From the NCBI GenBank assembly GCA_903844815.1, contig CAIMVD010000161.1:9025-73024 (forward strand): DNA of 64,000 nt, in the 5' to 3' direction. Under the pieces are notes generated by a model that saw only the letters and a list, made by a program, of their open reading frames with translations, was not told the DNA's origin and made no database searches. This stretch comes from an uncultured Bacteroidota bacterium (GTDB lineage: Bacteria > Bacteroidota > Bacteroidia > Bacteroidales > VadinHA17). Each line of letters starts with the position of its first letter. The stretch's first letter is position 1. The position numbers and the translations under genes are program-made. Shown here in pieces: positions 57,186 to 64,000 of this stretch.

Positions 57186-58658
57186 TTATTCAACAGTTAC
57201 TATAGGTTTGTCATGTTCCTCATTAACCCTGTTTCCAAAAACGAGGTTCATTCCAAGACGCAAATTTATAGTATTAAAGCTAACGGGAAGCGGAATTGTA
57301 CCATTATCGATCACAATTTTATTCCATGAGAAAGGAATCATGTCGGTAAGAATAAAAAACTGGAAAAACCCTGTCCTTAATGCCAGCCCCGCTCCAATGT
57401 TATCGTAACTGTTGTTAACGGCAGTATAGCTGAGTGAGGCCGAAAATGAAGTGCCAATGTTGGCATTAGCCGATAATGTCAGAGCCTCCTTAACCTGCTT
57501 GCCAATGAACCTTGTATATGAAAGCATTCCAACGGACAAAGAGGGTGTAAAATTATAGCTTCCGCCCACAGTAAGTCCGAATGGCAGTCCGGTAGTAAAA
57601 GGTTCATTTGTATCGGATAATTTGAATGCGTTCTTAAGGGAATCCTGCATCTCCTTACCTACTTCATCAAAAGTCTTTGTTCCGCCAATAACTTTGCTAA
57701 GGTCTAATCCGCTGAATACAAACTGATTTGATGACACCAGATTGTTAACATCTCTTTTCCATTTTATATATCCGACATCGGTAAGGGCTGCCGAAACTTT
57801 AAACCTGTCCGACACATCGTAGGTAGCACCAATGTCGATACCTAACCCAAGGTTCTCAGTACCAAGGGCATACTTTATGGCTTTACCAGGCGAATCAGTT
57901 ACCGAATCATCGAACTCTATGCTTTTTATATCCCCGTTAGCCTCTTTTGTGACTTTTAACGGAGCTGCGATGTTTACCCGAAAGTCAGCATCAATAATAT
58001 GAGAATAGTCATCTTTGACTGTTACCGATAAGGCGTTGTTTTTGATTGATGCCGCCGCTACCCCGAAGAGGACTTTTCCCTTTATTCCCAGCCTCAGCCT
58101 GGAAGTAATCTTCCTCGAATAGCCAAAACCAGCTTCACGATAGTATTTCATATCTCCCCTTAAGGAGGAGAGGTCTATTTTACTTCCCGCAAATCCTTCG
58201 TTTCCCTTCAGGGCGAGGACAAACAGATCACCGGGCAGAACAATATTGCCATCAACCCGGTCAATAATATCGAGTGAAAAATATCCGTCCTTTCCTGCAG
58301 CAAAACCGACACTCAGCACAGGGACAGACAATTGCGGCTCTATTGAGTTTTTGTCCCTCGTCGTTGAAAGGAAATCATCCACGTTAAAATCGGGATGAAG
58401 AAAAGTAAGAACAGAGTCATTTGTCTGCCCTTTCATGAAAATATTGGAGAATTTTAAAAAATTGTTGTTTATGCTGATACTAATCCCCGACATTCCGGGT
58501 AATCCGATATATACGGAATTCGAAGGTTTGAATGCAGGATTGGCCAGATGATTCTGGGGGATATTCATGAAGTACGATACCTGCCTGCTTTGAGCTGAAG
58601 CACCCATTGATGACGCAGCCAACAGTATAATAAGTAAAAATCTTGTTTGCCGGATCAT
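57186..58658 (-). CDS. outer-membrane beta-barrel protein, distantly PorP/SprF-like
   Basis: 490 aa. Signal peptide ...SSMGASA/QS. The N-terminal SYFMNIPQNHLANPAF resembles the PorP/SprF signature. An alternating amphipathic strand pattern runs to the C-terminus (NLRLGMNLVFG). Confidence 0.55.
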   Translation of the reverse strand: MIRQTRFLLIILLAASSMGASAQSRQVSYFMNIPQNHLANPAFKPSNSVYIGLPGMSGISISINNNFLKFSNIFMKGQTNDSVLTFLHPDFNVDDFLSTTRDKNSIEPQLSVPVLSVGFAAGKDGYFSLDIIDRVDGNIVLPGDLFVLALKGNEGFAGSKIDLSSLRGDMKYYREAGFGYSRKITSRLRLGIKGKVLFGVAAASIKNNALSVTVKDDYSHIIDADFRVNIAAPLKVTKEANGDIKSIEFDDSVTDSPGKAIKYALGTENLGLGIDIGATYDVSDRFKVSAALTDVGYIKWKRDVNNLVSSNQFVFSGLDLSKVIGGTKTFDEVGKEMQDSLKNAFKLSDTNEPFTTGLPFGLTVGGSYNFTPSLSVGMLSYTRFIGKQVKEALTLSANANIGTSFSASLSYTAVNNSYDNIGAGLALRTGFFQFFILTDMIPFSWNKIVIDNGTIPLPVSFNTINLRLGMNLVFGNRVNEEHDKPIVTVE

Positions 58659-58677
58659 ATTGCCGTTATTAAAAGGT

Positions 58678-60792
58678 TTACTTTAAGTTCATGTCGGATT
58701 TCAGAACAAGGGCAGCATTGAATTTAATCCTGTAATCGGAATAAATCTTAACATCCTTAGCGCCTTCTTCAGATGTCCTGAGCGAAAACCTGAAGATGAT
58801 TCTGTCTGATTTATTTATACTCCTGAAAAAGTCAGCATTGAATTCGATGCTTGTTGCCGTCACGGTCGCTCCTTTAGCCTTGCCATCGGTATCGATTGGC
58901 GCAGCTTTGATAATGTCTGTAGCATCAACTGTACTTTTTATCATGCCTGTAGTCGAATCAAAAAGGCTCATTTTCACAGAAATCCCCAAGGGAAATCCAT
59001 TTTCTGCTTTCAGGTCAACCCTCAGTAGTTTGAAATCTTCAGGCTTTATTGCATTATCATCATTTGTATTGTTGTTTTTAAGAAAATTATCCACTGTATC
59101 GGCGAACTGAAGGTTTGACGTCCTGAAATTCATTGGAATCTCCATCTCAATAGATGCAGTAAGACTGCTATTTCCGAAAACGTAGCTGTCCCTTAACCCG
59201 TTGTTGCCTGCAGGATTCATTTTTGCATTACCTGAATAAACTAAATACTCGGGAGGCATAGAAATCAGAGGAGAGATTGCTGAATTGCTCTTGTCAACTG
59301 AAAAAGAAGATGTGATTTTCTTTTCTGCGGGAGCAGCCGGATATTCTAAAATTAATGGTGAATATCCAAGATTAACGGTTTCCGGGTTCTTCTTCCCAAA
59401 AGCATTAAAAGTAAGCTGAACAGGCAGGGCAAAGGAGTTGGAATAATTTATCCTCATCACAGGATCGGCAATCACAAAGGACCCCGTAATGTTGTTCATG
59501 ATTTCATTAAAGCCTGTTTTGATCGAATCAGAAGCAATTACGCAGGAATTCTGTCCGAAATAACCCTTAAGGTAGTCATATACCGGATTAGTTAATTTCA
59601 AAGATGTGGTTATGGCATCTGTCGAATTGAAGGAAACAAGAGAGCCGTCGGATGTTACAGTCAGAGTATTTTCCATAGGGACCCGGTTATATGGATGCAT
59701 AACATCGGAGCCCAGATCGAACAGAGTATTATTTACAGGTATTGTTCCTGTTTTAGTGCTGTTCGGGTTAACAGCCACTGTCTCGGTAACCTGAACACCT
59801 GACGTACGCACTGTGGGAAGTTTAATATTCAGCGTGACCTTAACCGGGCTGGCTGATACAATTCTGTAGTCCATATTCCCTGATAAAGTACTAATCTCAT
59901 CAAGCTCAAGTCCTCCGCCGGGATTAAACGTAACAGTATCCTTTCCCTGAAAAGAGGTTACTGCCTGTTGCGGAAGAACAACCCTTCCCGATTTAACCTT
60001 AAGATCCCTTCCGGCAACGGTCAGCTGAACGTTGCTGCTATTCAGTGAGATCAATACAGGAGAAGTTGTTCCGGTACTACCTGAAAGAATAAGGACAGCC
60101 CGCAATGAATTTGTGACTGTCATATCAGCAAGATCGACAGATACGGTGCGGCTCTGGCCTGCCGGAATTGCCGGAATAGGAACATCGCTCCCAATCTGGC
60201 TGTGCCCTAGGGTATTGAATATTTTCACGCTGGCCCCGTTTAAAGGAGCAGTGAGATTGTTTTTTACGGTTATGTCTAAATAACCTGACCGGAAAACAGC
60301 TGTTTCGAAGTTTACGAAATTCGCAAGGGCTTTTTCAGCAAGCGTGACTGCCGGAAAGGCAGGGAAAAGATGCAGTGATCCATCGTCGGCTGCAACAAAC
60401 TGGTTCCTTAGTGCAGACGATAACCCAAGAGTGATTTCGTTTAAAGTGAAAGAGGTTTGCGACTGGAACGGATCAATCACCAGATCTCCTAAAGTATATG
60501 CCCTGTTCAGGTTAAGAATATTGGACAGGTTGTAGAAGTCTGCCATCTTTATATCAACAATTGAATCTTCCCTGAATACAATCTTCACAAGTTTATCAAG
60601 ACCAAAAACGATAGTATCGTTCGATTTCACAATGTCGCTCAGAGAAACATCTCCCTTTATTGCAGATAAAGCAATTACCGGTGACAGATGCACCTCCTTC
60701 GAGAGCTTATTCATGTCGTAGGTTTCCTTGACGCACCCTTCTGACAGAATACCCGCGACGCCCGCAAAAAGAAGGAATAATCTTCTTATCAT
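58678..60792 (-). CDS. hypothetical secreted/lipoprotein, beta-rich, 704 aa
   Basis: Signal peptide MIRRLFLLFAGVAGILSEGC with an atypical lipobox. It is Ser/Thr/Asn/Val-rich, and I recognise no family motif. Confidence 0.6.
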   Translation of the reverse strand: MIRRLFLLFAGVAGILSEGCVKETYDMNKLSKEVHLSPVIALSAIKGDVSLSDIVKSNDTIVFGLDKLVKIVFREDSIVDIKMADFYNLSNILNLNRAYTLGDLVIDPFQSQTSFTLNEITLGLSSALRNQFVAADDGSLHLFPAFPAVTLAEKALANFVNFETAVFRSGYLDITVKNNLTAPLNGASVKIFNTLGHSQIGSDVPIPAIPAGQSRTVSVDLADMTVTNSLRAVLILSGSTGTTSPVLISLNSSNVQLTVAGRDLKVKSGRVVLPQQAVTSFQGKDTVTFNPGGGLELDEISTLSGNMDYRIVSASPVKVTLNIKLPTVRTSGVQVTETVAVNPNSTKTGTIPVNNTLFDLGSDVMHPYNRVPMENTLTVTSDGSLVSFNSTDAITTSLKLTNPVYDYLKGYFGQNSCVIASDSIKTGFNEIMNNITGSFVIADPVMRINYSNSFALPVQLTFNAFGKKNPETVNLGYSPLILEYPAAPAEKKITSSFSVDKSNSAISPLISMPPEYLVYSGNAKMNPAGNNGLRDSYVFGNSSLTASIEMEIPMNFRTSNLQFADTVDNFLKNNNTNDDNAIKPEDFKLLRVDLKAENGFPLGISVKMSLFDSTTGMIKSTVDATDIIKAAPIDTDGKAKGATVTATSIEFNADFFRSINKSDRIIFRFSLRTSEEGAKDVKIYSDYRIKFNAALVLKSDMNLK

Positions 60793-60800
60793 AGCTTTAA

Positions 60801-63551
60801 TTATTTTAGACCGATATCTAAATCGTAGTTATAAAGAAATCTGTCAGTCCCGCCGACAACCAGGTGCCAGCCGTTTTTATCCGACAGTTTTCCGACTGAG
60901 AACATCGAAGCTCCCCTGAGCGGGAACCCCTCCATAGTTTCTCCATTTTTATCAATCAGATATATTAGTTTATTATTTATATCAAACACTCCCATTTTCC
61001 TGGCGGAAGACGAAAAAACAAAATTGATAGGACCTCCCAGCTTTGTTGAGCCAAAATCCCTAAAGAAAATCTCCGCCCTTTTCTGATCATAAAGATACAA
61101 CTTACCGGAATCAATGAAAATATATTCACCAAAGCCATCTCCATCTACGTCAAAATAATCAAAAGAATGGTCAAAGGAGAAGTTTCTGATAGTGAAATGC
61201 TTAACCGTACCATCTAAAAAAAGCCGGGTAACTGCACCTTCCGGCGACGAAAATACCAGGCAAGGTTCGGGAGAGGGAATGAATCTCATGGCCGAACCGG
61301 ACGCCCGTGTCGTGGAACCTTTGACTTCAACCCGTTTCTTCCCGGAACGATCGAGAAGATAAACAGAACTTTCGTCAGAGACAACAATATAATCCTTCCC
61401 CGAAACCTTCAGATACATTATCTCCGCTTCCACTAAACCCGGAGTACGAAACAGATTCCAGCCTTTTACAACACTCCCTGTCTTATCATATGAATAAACC
61501 TTTTTATCCTCACCTGAGATGAAGAGACGATAGTTACGGTTATTTTCATAATCAAAAACCGTAAGTGAATTTGAAGCTGGCGACCTCAGCTTTACAGGGT
61601 ATCTTTCTACGTAGTTTCCATTTCGGTCGAGCAGATGGAGATAATTTTTTCCTGAAAAAAGAAGCTGCAGCTTGCCGTTCCGGAAATAGTCGATAATATA
61701 CACATTTCCAAATATTCTCTCCTTAAGTGGCACCTTCCAGAGAACTCTTCCTGCACTGTTTATCAGATACGCGTTATTATTCAGATCCTGAATAAAAATC
61801 TCCCTTGCCCCGGTTATATGATTTGTAAAAAAGAAGGGCTTTATACATGCTACTGTATCAAGCAGTGTCTCCCATTCGGTGGGGGAGTCTTCAGTAACCA
61901 TTTCATTATACTTTATTGACAGGCTGTTGTACAGCATTCCGTTACTCGCTGCATACTGATAGCCCAGCGCCGGAATCCTGGCAATTATCCCTTTATTCTT
62001 CTTAAGAAACCCTGTAATTTCATCATTTAGAAAATCAGCCAGAAAATCAGTGATCTTCGACGGCACACAATAGAAAAAGTATCCTGCCCGGCTGCCAAGC
62101 GTGGCTTCGAAATCGTGGTACGACTGGTTATTGACAAGTGTTTTATTTAAAATATTATCATATAAAAACCTTGTAACAGTTTTTAACGAACTACCCGATA
62201 CCATGAAGTTATCATAGAAAGCAAAATAAGTCTCATGGTAACCTCTGGAGAATCCGGGGTAAATCTCTCCTGCAAGCCCGTCGAGATTTGTCCGGTATAC
62301 TGCAATCTTAACCTGGTCATCGGGCCGGTACCAGATCGTTTCCATCTTTTTTGCCCTGTCGTCAACAAACAACTGTTCGGTTCTGCCGGCATTTGTCAGC
62401 TCATAAATGAAAAGCATCTTCTCCGACAAGGAAGTATCCCTGCTGCCAATCATAGCCCTGGTAATTTCCTCACCTGTAAACTCTCTGATTTTACCGGCCA
62501 AACCGGCAGCTTCAGAAGAAAGGGATGAGCGATCTCCTGATTTTCTGTTTTCAGAGGAAAGAATAACAGTTTCAAACAGCACAGTGGAAGCGGGAAGGAC
62601 TCCTGGGGTGTGAAACTCCTTTGGCGCTACCTGTTTTCCGGAGAAAAGCCTGTCGCCCGGACCGGCCGTTTCGATATATCCGCTGAGAACCAGTCCCTCA
62701 TCATTCAGATAGATATCGCCCTCGCCTGCTCCGGCAAGTGTGGCCGTTATCTCTGCCAGCTGCTGATCGTGCTTCCCGTATAATGAACTTAAAAACCTGC
62801 CCAGATTCGGAAAGACCACAAAAACTTTATCCTCTTTCTTTCCCGAAGCAACCCAAACTCTCGAATAACCGGGAACCTTCCTTATATCATTTTCAAGGAA
62901 AGCCTGCTTCCCTGAATCCCCTATAAGCTTTTCCGAATTGCTTAAAAGCAACAGGCCCGAAACAAATGAAATATAGGCTGTATCGGTGGTTTCTCCGGTT
63001 TGATAGACAAACCTCAGGGTTGATTTGTTGTTTATTTTTATCTCCGCTGCCTCTTTAACACCTGCTGATAAGAGTAACTCTTTAACCTTCTTAAGTCTCA
63101 CATACCCTGGAACGGCGATCGAAACCAGTGTGACAAGCTTTCCTTCCATTCCCGGAAAGAAAGAAATGACTGAGTGTCCCTGAGTCATTATCTCCTTGCA
63201 TTCAGGCTTTTCAAGAAGATTCTTTATGAATCTCAAACGGTTGTTAAATGCATCAAACTCCTCCAGATTTGCCATCTCACCGGCAATCCCTTTACCTGAG
63301 GTAATCATGCTTATGAAATTCTTCAGATCAACTGTTTCAATAACAATACAGGCATCCTGCGAAACAGCCTTGTAAGGATCGGTAAACAAGACCTTCCTCC
63401 CCTGTTGAATGAAATAACCGGTTATGGCAAGACACGATACAAGTAGTATCACTAAAATAATGGCAATACGCTTTCCCACTTCAGGATCCTTTTTTTGATC
63501 TGTTCCAAAATTACAAAAAAAAGGTATAGCGTCTGCTTCAATTCTTAGCAT
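60801..63551 (-). CDS. membrane-anchored protein with C-terminal beta-propeller-like repeats, 916 aa
   Basis: One N-terminal hydrophobic helix (RIAIILVILLVSCLAITGYF). The C-terminal ~350 aa carry repeated D(R/K)xG...P blades (LDRNGNYVERYPV, IDKNGETMEGFPL and others) and an FG-GAP-like DVDGDGFGEY loop. An alternative start is the GTG at 63477-63479 (MGKRIAII...). Confidence 0.6.
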   Translation of the reverse strand: MLRIEADAIPFFCNFGTDQKKDPEVGKRIAIILVILLVSCLAITGYFIQQGRKVLFTDPYKAVSQDACIVIETVDLKNFISMITSGKGIAGEMANLEEFDAFNNRLRFIKNLLEKPECKEIMTQGHSVISFFPGMEGKLVTLVSIAVPGYVRLKKVKELLLSAGVKEAAEIKINNKSTLRFVYQTGETTDTAYISFVSGLLLLSNSEKLIGDSGKQAFLENDIRKVPGYSRVWVASGKKEDKVFVVFPNLGRFLSSLYGKHDQQLAEITATLAGAGEGDIYLNDEGLVLSGYIETAGPGDRLFSGKQVAPKEFHTPGVLPASTVLFETVILSSENRKSGDRSSLSSEAAGLAGKIREFTGEEITRAMIGSRDTSLSEKMLFIYELTNAGRTEQLFVDDRAKKMETIWYRPDDQVKIAVYRTNLDGLAGEIYPGFSRGYHETYFAFYDNFMVSGSSLKTVTRFLYDNILNKTLVNNQSYHDFEATLGSRAGYFFYCVPSKITDFLADFLNDEITGFLKKNKGIIARIPALGYQYAASNGMLYNSLSIKYNEMVTEDSPTEWETLLDTVACIKPFFFTNHITGAREIFIQDLNNNAYLINSAGRVLWKVPLKERIFGNVYIIDYFRNGKLQLLFSGKNYLHLLDRNGNYVERYPVKLRSPASNSLTVFDYENNRNYRLFISGEDKKVYSYDKTGSVVKGWNLFRTPGLVEAEIMYLKVSGKDYIVVSDESSVYLLDRSGKKRVEVKGSTTRASGSAMRFIPSPEPCLVFSSPEGAVTRLFLDGTVKHFTIRNFSFDHSFDYFDVDGDGFGEYIFIDSGKLYLYDQKRAEIFFRDFGSTKLGGPINFVFSSSARKMGVFDINNKLIYLIDKNGETMEGFPLRGASMFSVGKLSDKNGWHLVVGGTDRFLYNYDLDIGLK

Positions 63552-63694
63552 ATGAAGACGGTGAGAAAATGGAGGAATTTGTGCATTCTGGCATACATTT
63601 TGTATTTAATATACCAGAAGGAACACTCAACATCTCAATGATATCCCTGAACGTCCAGGGCAGCCAGGAAAAACAACTCCTGGCTTTCTATTTT

Positions 63695-64000
63695 TCAGAA
63701 AGGCTTGTAACCGATTATCTCCCTGACTTCCCTTACAGTCTTTGATGCACTGGCCCTGGCTTTCTCAGCGCCCTGAGCCACTACTTTTGCAAGATACCCG
63801 TTATCGGCAAGCAGTTCGTTAATACGAGCGCGTATGGGGTCGGTAACCGTGATTATATCTTCAGCAAGCTGCTTCTTCATATCTCCGTAACGTATTTCGC
63901 AGGAGGCATGCTTTTCCTTAAAGAACTTTAGTGTTTCGGGCTCTGAAACGACGCTCATTAACAGAAAAAGATTCTTTACAGCTTCGCCGGGCTCCTCGCC
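63695..64000 (-). CDS. trpS: tryptophan--tRNA ligase, 3' part only (gene starts beyond the right edge)
   Basis: The frame is open from base 64000: GEEPGEAVKNLFLLMSVVSEPETLKFFKEKHASCEIRYGDMKKQLAEDI...GAEKARASASKTVREVREIIGYKPF. This is a typical TrpS C-terminal helical region. The Met shown in the ORF track is internal. Confidence 0.8.
   Translation of the reverse strand, partial: GEEPGEAVKNLFLLMSVVSEPETLKFFKEKHASCEIRYGDMKKQLAEDIITVTDPIRARINELLADNGYLAKVVAQGAEKARASASKTVREVREIIGYKPF

Noticed and set aside
63662-63685. Hairpin agccagga / tcctggct just downstream of trpS as its terminator
   Set aside because: The T-rich run is on the plus strand, where no gene ends. On the trpS (minus) strand no U-tract follows the stem. 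trpS may therefore read through into the 916-aa gene.
1-64000. Search for tRNA, rRNA, IS elements, integrases, prophage or conjugative genes
   Set aside because: Every intergenic gap over 150 nt was read (941-1126, 4531-4716, 6944-7156, 9987-10159, 11423-11600, 16051-16460, 27926-28082, 38275-38656). None shows tRNA cloverleaf features or rRNA-like sequence, and no ORF resembles a transposase or integrase.

Overview
High-coding-density chromosomal segment of a Bacteroidota genome. The phylum call rests on gldH, porW/sprE, porX, porP and gldKLMN, plus TAnnTTTG -7 promoter boxes. I support about 57 protein-coding genes; two of them run off the window edges (a TonB-dependent receptor on the left, trpS on the right). 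Most are housekeeping: waaA, pgk, tpx, holB, ricT, trmB, apbC, tsaE, metG, glmS, panC, panD, radA, PBP1A, topA, manC, mlaEF. Three T9SS/gliding loci are interleaved with them: gldH at 14.5 kb, porW-porX at 17.9-22.1 kb, and porP-gldKLMN at 48.5-54.2 kb. There is also a compact nucleotide-sugar cassette, wbpE-wbpD-wbpB-wbpA-galE-rfbB, at 28.1-34.2 kb. I found no rRNA, tRNA, CRISPR array, transposase, integrase, phage gene or recognisable defence system. The non-coding structure consists of three hairpin elements at gene 3' ends, each built from head-to-head arrays of short units. In addition, a TA-bounded C6/G6-rich palindromic element occurs at two loci (16.2 kb and 38.5 kb). The most intriguing coding features are these. 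(1) A tightly packed four-gene envelope operon of unknown function at 56983-63551, 2.8 kb from gldKLMN: a membrane-anchored beta-propeller protein, a 704-aa lipoprotein, a PorP/SprF-like barrel and a tiny TM protein. (2) An arginase-fold protein with substituted metal ligands directly upstream of porP. (3) A 631-aa divergent Lgt-like membrane domain fused to a beta-rich C-terminal domain. All functional calls come from reading the translations and from remembered family motifs; no database search was run.
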